Shown in pieces: positions 9,071 through 17,223 of a stretch of 63,949 nucleotides of DNA. The notes below the pieces were generated by a model. The model was not told where the DNA came from, ran no database searches, and was given only the letters and a program-made list of their open reading frames with translations. Position 1 is the stretch's first letter, and every line of letters starts with the position of its first letter. Both the position numbers and the translations under genes were made by a program. Origin of the DNA: Candidatus Dormiibacterota bacterium (GTDB lineage Bacteria; Methylomirabilota; Methylomirabilia; Rokubacteriales; CSP1-6). Location of the stretch: contig DATMMH010000223.1 in NCBI GenBank assembly GCA_035569855.1, positions 1 to 63,949 on the forward strand. Direction: 5' to 3'.

Positions 9071-9376
9071 ATGAAGCGCATGATGATCTACGCGATGGTC
9101 GGAGTTTGCACGATGGGCGTGGGCGTTGCGTCCGCGCAGGCGGCCGAGCTCACCAACCAGGGCACCGCCACCACCGACGAGGCCAAGATGCCCTCGACCG
9201 CCGAGTTCGCCAACGGTCCGGCCGGCGGCGGCGCCACGCTCGGCTCGAAGGATCACATCCCGACCGGCTCGGAGTTCGCCAACGGACCGATCGGAGGAGC
9301 ACAGACCGACCCGAACGAGCGCCGCATGCCCTCCGCCGGGGAATTCAGCAACGGCCCCACCGGCATCAGCAAGTAG
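9071..9376 (+). CDS. small secreted protein with three EF(A/S)NGP repeats
   Basis: ATG 9071 follows GGGAGG. Signal peptide MKRMMIYAMVGVCTMGVGVASAQA is present. Three repeats: MPSTAEFANGPAGGG / IPTGSEFANGPIGGA / MPSAGEFSNGPTGIS. Confidence 0.65.
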   Translation: MKRMMIYAMVGVCTMGVGVASAQAAELTNQGTATTDEAKMPSTAEFANGPAGGGATLGSKDHIPTGSEFANGPIGGAQTDPNERRMPSAGEFSNGPTGISK

Positions 9377-9395
9377 TCGTTCTCTCGTTGCGCCG

Positions 9396-9425
9396 CGGCG
9401 GCGCGTCCCTCGGGGCGCGCCGCCG
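9396..9425 (+). terminator. GC-rich hairpin terminator candidate
   Basis: Perfect 10-bp stem CGGCGGCGCG (9396-9405) / CGCGCCGCCG (9416-9425), 20 nt after the stop at 9376, followed by GCTTCGTT. Confidence 0.45.
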
Positions 9426-9431
9426 GCTTCG

Positions 9432-9460
9432 TTGACACCCTCCCCGCCCCCGCGTAGAGT
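9432..9460 (+). promoter_or_regulatory. sigma70-type promoter candidate for the DUF35/thiolase operon
   Basis: TTGACA (9432-9437), a 17-nt spacer, then TAGAGT (9455-9460). The ATG at 9482 is preceded by GGAGAGGAGAG. Confidence 0.45.
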
Positions 9461-9481
9461 CTCACGCCGGAGAGGAGAGCC

Positions 9482-9898
9482 ATGGACATCGATCGCCCCC
9501 TGCCGACCCCGATCACCCCGGAGGCCAAGCCCTTCTGGGACGGCTGCAAGGCCCAGAAGCTGATGCTGCCCCGCTGCGAGGAGTGCGGACACGTGTTCTT
9601 CTATCCACGCATCCTGTGCCCGCGCTGTCACTCCCGCCGGATCGGCTGGATGCAGGCGAGCGGGCGCGGCAAGCTCCACTCCTTCGAGATCGCCCACCAG
9701 GCTTTCCAGAAGGCGTGGAAGATCAAGCCGCCCTACGTGCTGGCGATGATCCAGCTCGACGAGGGCCCGCGCCTGATGTCCAACCTCATCAACGTCGAGC
9801 CGGATCCGCGGGTGGTCAAGTGCGACATGCCGGTCGAGGTGGTGTTCACTAAGATCACCGACGAGGTGACCCTTCCGTTGTTCCAGCCGAGGCGGTGA
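9482..9898 (+). CDS. DUF35-type Zn-ribbon/OB-fold protein (thiolase partner)
   Basis: CEECGHVFFYPRILCPRC rubredoxin-like Cys4 motif followed by an OB-fold-like C-terminus. The stop overlaps the next start (GTGA). Confidence 0.85.
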   Translation: MDIDRPLPTPITPEAKPFWDGCKAQKLMLPRCEECGHVFFYPRILCPRCHSRRIGWMQASGRGKLHSFEIAHQAFQKAWKIKPPYVLAMIQLDEGPRLMSNLINVEPDPRVVKCDMPVEVVFTKITDEVTLPLFQPRR

Positions 9899-11070
9899 TC
9901 GTCATGGCCAGCACGACCGACCGGCAGCGCGAGCTCCGCAACGTGGCCTGCATCGTGGGCGTGGACGAGAGCGACGAGATCGGAACCCTGCCCCAGAAGA
10001 GTCAGCTCTCGCTGCATCTCGAAGCCATTTCCAACGCGGTCCGCGACGCGGGGCTCAAGGTCTCCGACGTGGACGGCGTCTTCACAGCGGGCCAGCACTC
10101 GCCCGCCACCCTGGGCGAGGCCCTCGGGGTCAAGCCGCGCTACGTGGACGGCACCACGGTGGGCGGCTGCTCCTTCATCATCATGGTCGGCCACGCGGTG
10201 GCCGCCCTGCACCACGGGCTCTGCGACGTGGCGGTGGTCTCGCACGGGGAGAGTGGGCGCTCCGGCACCGGGGTCACGCGCAGCCGCGACACCGCGCTGA
10301 GCGGGCAGTTCGAGTTCCCCTACGGTTTCGGCGGCGCGACCACCTATTTCGGCATGATCACCACCCGCCACATGCACGACCACGGCACCACGCTCGAGCA
10401 GTGGGCGCAGGTGGCGGTGTCCACCCGGAAGTGGGCGGCCCTGAACCCCAAGGCGCGCTTCCGGGATCCGATCACGGTGGCCGACGTGCTCAACTCTCGC
10501 CCGGTCTCGTATCCGTTCAACCTGCTCAACATCTGCCTCGTGACCGACGCGGGCGGAGCGGTGGTCCTCACCCGCGCGGACCGAGCGCGCGATTGCGCCA
10601 AGGCACCGGTCTACGTGCGCGGCTTCGGCGAGGCCACCGAGCACGTGATGGTCACGCAGATGGAGGATCTCAGCGCCAGCGCGGCCACGCGACTGGCCGG
10701 CGAGCGCGCCTTCTCGATGGCGGGGGTGAGCGCGCGGGACTTCAACCACGTGATGCTCTACGACGCCTTCACCTCGGGCCCGCCCATCATGCTCGAATCG
10801 CTCGGCATGGCGAAGCCGGGCGAGGGTGTGCAGTTCTTCACCGAGGGTCGCGCGACCCCGGGCGGGACCCTGCCGATCAACACCAACGGGGGCGGGCTCT
10901 CCTATACCCACTCCGGCATGTACGGCATCTTCCCGATCATCGAGGCCACCCGCCAGCTCCGCGGCGAAGGCGGCGCGCGCCAGGTGCCCGGGGTTCGCTG
11001 CTCCCTGGTCAACGGCATGGGGGGCATGCTCTCCGCCGCCGGCACCCTCGTCCTCGCCAACCAGACCTGA
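9895..11070 (+). CDS. thiolase-like protein (SCP-x/non-specific lipid-transfer thiolase type)
   Basis: 391 aa with NTNGGGLSYTHSGMYG and a Gly-rich C-terminus typical of DUF35-associated thiolases. The start is GTG 9895 or ATG 9904. Confidence 0.85.
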   Translation: MIVMASTTDRQRELRNVACIVGVDESDEIGTLPQKSQLSLHLEAISNAVRDAGLKVSDVDGVFTAGQHSPATLGEALGVKPRYVDGTTVGGCSFIIMVGHAVAALHHGLCDVAVVSHGESGRSGTGVTRSRDTALSGQFEFPYGFGGATTYFGMITTRHMHDHGTTLEQWAQVAVSTRKWAALNPKARFRDPITVADVLNSRPVSYPFNLLNICLVTDAGGAVVLTRADRARDCAKAPVYVRGFGEATEHVMVTQMEDLSASAATRLAGERAFSMAGVSARDFNHVMLYDAFTSGPPIMLESLGMAKPGEGVQFFTEGRATPGGTLPINTNGGGLSYTHSGMYGIFPIIEATRQLRGEGGARQVPGVRCSLVNGMGGMLSAAGTLVLANQT

Positions 11071-11086
11071 GCGGCGGGCTCGCCGG

Positions 11087-11437
11087 CTACTCGATCGGCA
11101 CGAAGATGCAATGCCGCAGCTTGCCGTCGATCGCCTTGGACAGGTGCCCCTTGCCCCAGGTGTCCTCCACCAGGATGACCTCGCCCGCGCCGATGCGGCG
11201 CGCCTCACCGTCACTCGCGGTGATCTGCACGCCCGCGTCGAGGTTGATGATGTATTGCCGGCGCGGCGCCGGATGCCAGTCGAGATCGTAGTCCGGCTGG
11301 ACCTCGCGGAAGATGATGCCGGTGGCGGGCAGGCGCGCCGACAACCGGCCGGCGCGGCCCGACTCGGTGTACGGGACCTCCATGTCCTCGAAGTGCGACT
11401 CGCCCTTCTGGTCGACGTACAGATGATGGATCTTCAT
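11087..11437 (-). CDS. cupin-domain protein
   Basis: ATG 11437 follows GAGGAG. 116 aa with a beta-barrel-like sequence (WHPAPRRQYIINLDAGVQITASDGEARRIGAGEVILVED). The listed ORF 11087..11641 is N-terminally shadow-extended. Confidence 0.65.
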   Translation of the reverse strand: MKIHHLYVDQKGESHFEDMEVPYTESGRAGRLSARLPATGIIFREVQPDYDLDWHPAPRRQYIINLDAGVQITASDGEARRIGAGEVILVEDTWGKGHLSKAIDGKLRHCIFVPIE

Positions 11438-11699
11438 GGACGCTCCTCTCTCTGATCGCGCCGCGGCTCGGTCGCTCTCGGGAGCCGACATCCGGTGGCG
11501 GCTCCTGGCGATTCTGACGACATCATACGGCGCGGGCGCCTTCGGCACGAGTGGAGGAGGGCGCTCTCCCCCACTCGGCGCGCACCCAGCCGCCATCGTA
11601 CCCGACCGGGATGGCGCGCCCACGGTGCGACGCGCTATCATGCGACTCCACGACCGCCGCCGCGCCGGGCACGGTCATCACCCGCGAAGGAGCACGCAC

Positions 11700-12521
11700 A
11701 TGGGCTACGAGCAGATCCTCTACGAGGTGCGGGACCGCATCGCCACCGTCACCCTGAATCGTCCGGACAAGCTCAACGCGTGGACCGCGGTGATGGGGCA
11801 CGAGGTACGGCGGGCGATGCAGGAGGCGGCGCGGGACGAGGCGGTCCGCGTGATCGTGCTGACCGGCGCGGGGCGCGGCTTCTGCGCGGGCGCCGACATG
11901 CAGATGCTCTCCGGCATCGTGAGCGAGGGCGGCATCCGGGCGGAGGCCGAGCGGGCGGCCCCGCGCGAGTCGAACGAGACGCGGCTCGACTTCCAGGGGC
12001 CCTACGCCTACTTCCCGACCGTGCCGAAACCCATCATCGCCGCGCTCAACGGCGCCACCGCGGGCCTGGGCCTGGTGGTCTCGCTCTACTGCGACTTCCG
12101 CATCGCGGCCGACCGCGCGGTCTTCACCACCGCCTTCTCGCGACGCGGGCTGATCGCCGAGCACGGCGTGAGCTGGATGCTGCCGCGCCTCGTCGGCCTG
12201 CCGCACGCGCTGGACCTGCTCCTCTCCGCCCGCAAGATCGGCGCCCAGGAGGCGCTCGCGATGGGACTGGTGTCGCAGGTGCTGCCGGCGGACTCGTTCA
12301 CCGACGGGGTGCGCGCGTACGCCCGCGAGCTGGCCGACCTGGTCTCGCCGCGCTCGATGCAGGTCATGAAGCGGCAGCTCTGGGAAGCCCAGTTCCAGAC
12401 GCTCGCGGAGGCGACCGCCGTCGCCGACGAGGAGATGCGCCGGAGCTTCGGCACCGAGGACTTCAAGGAGGGCGTGGCCCACTTCATGGAGAAGCGGTCG
12501 CCGCGCTTCACGGGTCGGTAG
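11700..12521 (+). CDS. enoyl-CoA hydratase/isomerase (crotonase) family protein
   Basis: [14 protein letters not shown] and [17 protein letters not shown] oxyanion-hole motifs are present. ATG 11700 lies within the longer ORF 11436..12521. Confidence 0.9.
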   Translation: MGYEQILYEVRDRIATVTLNRPDKLNAWTAVMGHEVRRAMQEAARDEAVRVIVLTGAGRGFCAGADMQMLSGIVSEGGIRAEAERAAPRESNETRLDFQGPYAYFPTVPKPIIAALNGATAGLGLVVSLYCDFRIAADRAVFTTAFSRRGLIAEHGVSWMLPRLVGLPHALDLLLSARKIGAQEALAMGLVSQVLPADSFTDGVRAYARELADLVSPRSMQVMKRQLWEAQFQTLAEATAVADEEMRRSFGTEDFKEGVAHFMEKRSPRFTGR

Positions 12522-12549
12522 CCGCGCGGGTGCGCAGACCTCCTCGCCG

Positions 12550-13101
12550 GTGAAGCGCCCCGTACTGATCCTCCTCAACAAGCCGTACGGCGTGCTCTGC
12601 CAGTTCACCGACCGGGCCGGGCGGCCGACGCTCGCCGACCACGTACCGGTGCGCGACGTCTACGCGGCGGGCCGCCTCGACCACGACAGCGAGGGCCTCG
12701 TGCTCCTCACCGACGACGGCGTCCTCCAGGCGCGCCTCTCCGATCCCCGCCACGGAACCGAGAAGACCTACTGGGCGCAGGTCGAGGGTGAGCCGGGGCC
12801 GGAGGTGATCGAGCACCTGGGGCGCGGGGTCGTCCTCAAGGACGGGCGGACACGGCCGGCGCGAGTCCAGCGGATCTCCGAGCCGGCCGGGTTGTGGCCG
12901 CGCGAGCCCCCGATCCGGTACCGGGCGGCGATTCCGACCGCGTGGATCGAGATCACGCTGCGGGAGGGCCGCAACCGGCAGGTTCGGCGGATGACCGCGG
13001 CGGTCGGCTATCCGACGCTGCGGTTGATCCGGGTGGGGATCGGGGAGTACGCGCTCGGGGAGCTCCGGCCGGGTGAGTGGCGGGAAGCGAAGCGCTCTTA
13101 G
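12550..13101 (+). CDS. rluE: 23S rRNA pseudouridine synthase E
   Basis: Recognisably colinear with E. coli RluE as I remember it: [25 protein letters not shown] (catalytic Asp), [25 protein letters not shown]. Confidence 0.85.
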   Translation: MKRPVLILLNKPYGVLCQFTDRAGRPTLADHVPVRDVYAAGRLDHDSEGLVLLTDDGVLQARLSDPRHGTEKTYWAQVEGEPGPEVIEHLGRGVVLKDGRTRPARVQRISEPAGLWPREPPIRYRAAIPTAWIEITLREGRNRQVRRMTAAVGYPTLRLIRVGIGEYALGELRPGEWREAKRS

Positions 13102-13874
13102 AAGATGGCGTAGCCGCCGTCGATGATGAAGGTGTCGCCGGTGTGGTAGCTGCTGGCGTCGCTCGTGAGGTAGACCGCGATGCCCCCGAAGTCGCCGCCC
13201 GTGCCCCAGCGCCGCGCCGGCACTCGAGGAAGCACCCGCGTCTTGAAGGCGTCGCCGTGCACCGCCTTCTCGGTCATCGGCGTGTCGATCCAGCCGGGCA
13301 CGATCGCGTTGACGCGGATCTTGTGCCGCGCGAGGCCCACCGCGAGCGCGCGCATCACCGAGAGCATCGCGCCCTTGCTGGCCGCGTAGTGCGCGCTGAG
13401 CGGCGAGCCTTCGAGCGCGGCCAGGCTCGCGGTGACGGCCAGCGAGCCGCCTTCACCACGCGCGGTCATGTGCCGCGCCGCTGCGCGCAGCGTGAAGAAG
13501 GCGCCGTCCAGGTTGACCTTCAGCACCCGATGCCACTCCTCGGTGGTCATCTCCGCGAAGCTGGCCGCCGCGCCGCGGCCGGACACCCCCGCGTTGACGA
13601 AGCAGGCGTCCACGCCGCCGAGGGTCGACACGGTGTGGGCGAACGCGTGGTCCACCGCGGCCTCGTCGCTCACGTCGCAGCGCAGCGCGAGGGCCTTGGC
13701 CCCGATCGCGTGCAGGCGCGCCAGCGCGTGCACGTTCTTGTCCTCGTTGGTGCCCCAGATACAGACCGCGGCGCCCGCGTGCGCGAGCGCCTCCGCCATG
13801 CCGAGCCCGATGCCGCTGTTGCCACCGGTGACGATCGCGGTCTTGCCGGTGAGATCGAAGGCCTGGTACGCCAT
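13098..13874 (-). CDS. SDR-family oxidoreductase
   Basis: [12 protein letters not shown] and YAASKGA (YxxxK) motifs are present. It overlaps the rluE stop convergently by 4 nt. Confidence 0.9.
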   Translation of the reverse strand: MAYQAFDLTGKTAIVTGGNSGIGLGMAEALAHAGAAVCIWGTNEDKNVHALARLHAIGAKALALRCDVSDEAAVDHAFAHTVSTLGGVDACFVNAGVSGRGAAASFAEMTTEEWHRVLKVNLDGAFFTLRAAARHMTARGEGGSLAVTASLAALEGSPLSAHYAASKGAMLSVMRALAVGLARHKIRVNAIVPGWIDTPMTEKAVHGDAFKTRVLPRVPARRWGTGGDFGGIAVYLTSDASSYHTGDTFIIDGGYAIF

Positions 13875-13887
13875 GGCGAGGGCTCCC

Positions 13888-15435
13888 TCAGGGCCGCATG
13901 CGGTGGGTGGACGGGCCGGGCTCGCGTAGCGGCGCCGACAGCTCGGCGAACTCGCAGAGCAGGGGGCGGGTGGCCCGCGGATCGATGATCTCCTCGATCC
14001 AGAACGTCTCCGCCGAGCGGAACGGCGAGCGGAGCTTCTGCAGCCGCTCTTCGATCTCGACCATCTTGGCGGCGCGATCCGGGGCCGCGTCGAGATCGGC
14101 GCGGTAGGCGGCCTCGATGCCGCCTTCGAGCGGCAGCGAGCCCCAGCGCCCCGACGGCCACGCGTAGCGCGGACCGTAGCGCGCGCCCGGCTTGTGGGCC
14201 GCGCCCGCCACTCCGAACACGTTGCGGATGATGACCGCGCACCACGGCATGGTGGACTGCCAGATCGCGGACATCGCGCGCACGCCCTGCTTGATCGTGC
14301 CGGTCTGCTCCGCCTCGAGGCCGATCAGGAAGCCCGGGCAATCCACCAAGTAGACCACCGGCAGGTGGAAGGTCTGCGCGAAATCGACGAACCGCTCCAC
14401 CTTCTGGCAGGTGTCCGCGGTCCACGCGCCCCCGTAGAAGTACGGATCGCTCGCCAGGACCGCGACCGGCCAGCCGTCGAGCCGGGCCAGCCCGGTGACG
14501 ATCGCGCGGCCGTAGAGCGGCTGGATCTCGAAGAACGAATCGCGGTCCACCACCGCCTCCACGATCGCGCGCATCTTGTACGGCTTGCGGATGTCGCGCG
14601 GTACCGCGTCGCTGAGCCACTCCTCGCGACGCTCCGGGTCGTCGCTCTGCGGCCCCCGCGGCGGCAGCTCGTAGATCGACGAGGGCAGGTAGGAGAGGAA
14701 ACGCCGGGCCGCCGCGAAGGCCTCCTCCTCCGTATCCACCGCCTGGTCCACCGCGCCGGCCTTGAGCTGGATCTGCCAGCCGCCGAGCTGGTTCTTGGTG
14801 AGCTTCTGCCCGAGCCTCGCCACCACCGGCGGACCGGCGACGAACAGCGCCGACTTGTCCTTGATCATCACCGAGAAGTGGGCCGCCGCGAGGTGCGCGG
14901 CCCCGAGCCCAGCCACCGAGCCCAGGCCCAGCGCCACTCGCGGCACGGTGCCGATGCTGTTGACCACCCACTCCCAGCCGGAGACGCCGGGCACGTTGGC
15001 CCGCCCGGTGGTCTCGATCGTCTTCACCGAGCCGCCGCCGCCCGAGCCCTCCACGAGGCGAATGAGCGGCAGTCTGAGCTCGTTGGCCATCTGCTCGCAC
15101 TGATTGTGCTTGCCCTTGATGGTGGCGTCGGCCGAACCGCCGCGCACCGTGAAGTCGTCGCCGCCGACCACCACCGGTCGGCCGTCGAGTCGGGCGCGGC
15201 CGAAGACGAAGTTCGACGGGGTCAGCTCCTTGAGGTCGTTGTTGGCGTCGTAGGAGGCCTTCCCCGCGATCTTGCCGATCTCATGGAAGCTGTCGCCATC
15301 CACCAACCGCGCGATGCGCTCGCGGATCGTGTAGCGCCCGCCGTCGTGCTGCCTCTTGACCCGTTCGGCGCCGCCCAGCTGCTCCGCGAACTCCTCGCGG
15401 CGCTTGAGCTCGTCCATCTCCGACTTCCAGTTCAT
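13888..15435 (-). CDS. acyl-CoA carboxylase carboxyltransferase subunit (carboxyl_trans domain)
   Basis: 515 aa with DDFTVRGGSADA, RLVEGSGGGGSV and FGVAGAAH motifs typical of the propionyl/methylcrotonyl-CoA carboxylase beta family. Confidence 0.85.
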   Translation of the reverse strand: MNWKSEMDELKRREEFAEQLGGAERVKRQHDGGRYTIRERIARLVDGDSFHEIGKIAGKASYDANNDLKELTPSNFVFGRARLDGRPVVVGGDDFTVRGGSADATIKGKHNQCEQMANELRLPLIRLVEGSGGGGSVKTIETTGRANVPGVSGWEWVVNSIGTVPRVALGLGSVAGLGAAHLAAAHFSVMIKDKSALFVAGPPVVARLGQKLTKNQLGGWQIQLKAGAVDQAVDTEEEAFAAARRFLSYLPSSIYELPPRGPQSDDPERREEWLSDAVPRDIRKPYKMRAIVEAVVDRDSFFEIQPLYGRAIVTGLARLDGWPVAVLASDPYFYGGAWTADTCQKVERFVDFAQTFHLPVVYLVDCPGFLIGLEAEQTGTIKQGVRAMSAIWQSTMPWCAVIIRNVFGVAGAAHKPGARYGPRYAWPSGRWGSLPLEGGIEAAYRADLDAAPDRAAKMVEIEERLQKLRSPFRSAETFWIEEIIDPRATRPLLCEFAELSAPLREPGPSTHRMRP

Positions 15436-15516
15436 GGGGAAGAGACCTCCGCGGGGATGGTAGCAGGCCGCGCCCGGCTCTGCCTAGGCTCCGGCCGGGC
15501 GCCGGGTCACCGGCGG

Positions 15517-15939
15517 TCAGGAGACGATACCGATGACGAGCGAGATGCGGTTGCGGTCGCCGTCCCGCCGGTACTCCACCTGCTGGGCCATCGCCGAGAC
15601 GAGCAGCACGCCGAGCCCTCCCACCGGGCGATCCTCGATGTCCGCGGCCGCATCGGGCGCGACCACCTGGCCGAACGGGTCGTGCGCGGGCCCGGTGTCC
15701 TCGTAGGTGAGCGCGATACGGCCGGGGGCCACGTCACAGTCGAGCCGCACTGGCTCGTCGCTATCCGCCCCGTGGCCGTGGACCACCGTGTTGGTGAAGA
15801 GCTCCTCCACCAGAAGGGTGAGGCGCAGGCAGGCCTCCCGCCCGAGCTCGGCCGCGGCGCATACCTCCGCGAGAAAAGCGTCGACCTGCGGCAGGGCGTC
15901 GCGACGGGCGGGAAAGATCCGGCTGAAGCGGCCGCTCAT
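15517..15939 (-). CDS. RsbW/SpoIIAB-like anti-sigma serine kinase (HATPase_c_2)
   Basis: ATG 15939 is preceded by GGAGGTG. N-box EELFTNTVVHG, G1 EDTGPAHDP and G2 GGLGVLLV are present. Confidence 0.75.
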   Translation of the reverse strand: MSGRFSRIFPARRDALPQVDAFLAEVCAAAELGREACLRLTLLVEELFTNTVVHGHGADSDEPVRLDCDVAPGRIALTYEDTGPAHDPFGQVVAPDAAADIEDRPVGGLGVLLVSAMAQQVEYRRDGDRNRISLVIGIVS

Positions 15940-16155
15940 GGCGTACGAATCACCTCCCCGGCGCACTGTACGATCGGCGTTGTCTCGAGGACGTGTACGA
16001 GCGGCTGCCCGACGACCGGAGGGACTTCACTGCGCACGCCTCCCCACTCGCCTTCATCATTTCCGCGAGCTTCTGAGCCCCGCACTTTGGGCTATTATAG
16101 GCCTCGCCCGGGCGGCGTCCGGCGGCCCGGCAGTCCCATCGAGAAGGAGAACCGC

Positions 16156-16611
16156 ATGTCCCGCTCGTTCGCGCTGCTGGCCGCTTCCGCCGTCCTCATG
16201 GCGACCCTGCCGGCGATGGCCGGCGCCCAGGAGGCCGGCCACGTCAAGGTGTCCAAGGGCGTGGTGCAGATCGGCCGCGCGGGCCAGACGATTCCCGCCG
16301 CGGTGGGCGCCACGGTGCAGGCCGGCGACGTGGTGACCACGGGCGCCGACGGATCGGTGGGCATCACCTTCCTCGACAACAGCCTGCTCTCCGCCGGACC
16401 CAACAGTGTGCTCGCCATCGATCGCTTCGCCTTCGACCCGACGACCCACCAGGGCTCCTTCGAGAGCAGCCTCCAGAAGGGTACGCTCGCGGTGGTCTCG
16501 GGCAAGCTCGCGAAGGCTTCGCCGGACGCGATGAAGGTGAAGACCCCGGCCGCGGTGCTGGGCGTGCGCGGTACCGAGTTCCTCGTCCGCACCGGCGACG
16601 CCAAGGACTGA
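16156..16611 (+). CDS. FecR-domain periplasmic protein
   Basis: ATG 16156 follows GAAGGAG. Signal peptide MSRSFALLAASAVLMATLPAMAGA is present. GDVVTTGADGSVGITFLDNS and LGVRGTEF are typical FecR-domain motifs. Confidence 0.8.
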   Translation: MSRSFALLAASAVLMATLPAMAGAQEAGHVKVSKGVVQIGRAGQTIPAAVGATVQAGDVVTTGADGSVGITFLDNSLLSAGPNSVLAIDRFAFDPTTHQGSFESSLQKGTLAVVSGKLAKASPDAMKVKTPAAVLGVRGTEFLVRTGDAKD

Positions 16612-16623
16612 TCCGGTCTCGCG

Positions 16624-17223
16624 ATGGGTAGGCTGGCCGGGCTCGCGGCGCTCGGGATCCTGCTGCTGTCCGGTTGCGCCAAGCCCGCCCGCAACGATCT
16701 CTACGTGCTCATCCCGGCCCAGGACGGACACGTCGGCGCGGTGAGCGTGGAGAGCGGCGGCAGGCAGACCGTGCTCGATCAGCCGTATGCGACGGCGCGG
16801 GTGACAGAGCCGGGTCGGGTCGAGCCGGGAGCGATCACCGAGCAGGAAGTCCAGAAAGCCTTCGGCGTCGCGCTGGCCGCCCAGCCCGGCCGGCCGATCT
16901 CGTTCATCGTCTACTTCCTCGAGGCGCGCGACGAGCTGACCCCGGACTCGAAGCAGATCGTGGGCCGGATCATCGACGAGATCGCCCGGCGACCCGCCCC
17001 GGAGATCATCGTGATCGGGCATACCGACCGCGTCGGCACCGTACCCTACAACGACGCGCTCTCGCTCCGGCGCGCGGAGCGCGTACGGGACGAGCTGGTG
17101 AAGGCGGGCGTCGCGGTCGAGCGGATCCGCGTCGAGGGCCGCGGGGAGCGCGAGCCGCTCGTGCCCACGGCCGACGAGGTGGCCGAGCCGCGGAATCGAC
17201 GCGTGGAGATCAACGTTCGATAG
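16624..17223 (+). CDS. OmpA-family lipoprotein
   Basis: Lipobox LLSGC is present. The C-terminal OmpA-like domain reads IGHTDRVGTVPYNDALSLRRAERVRDELV...NRRVEI. Confidence 0.85.
   Translation: MGRLAGLAALGILLLSGCAKPARNDLYVLIPAQDGHVGAVSVESGGRQTVLDQPYATARVTEPGRVEPGAITEQEVQKAFGVALAAQPGRPISFIVYFLEARDELTPDSKQIVGRIIDEIARRPAPEIIVIGHTDRVGTVPYNDALSLRRAERVRDELVKAGVAVERIRVEGRGEREPLVPTADEVAEPRNRRVEINVR

Noticed and set aside
14194-16611. 805-aa plus-strand ORF
   Set aside because: Only the last 151 codons (16156..16611, the FecR protein with RBS and signal peptide) look real. The rest is antisense to the carboxyltransferase and kinase genes and has shadow composition.
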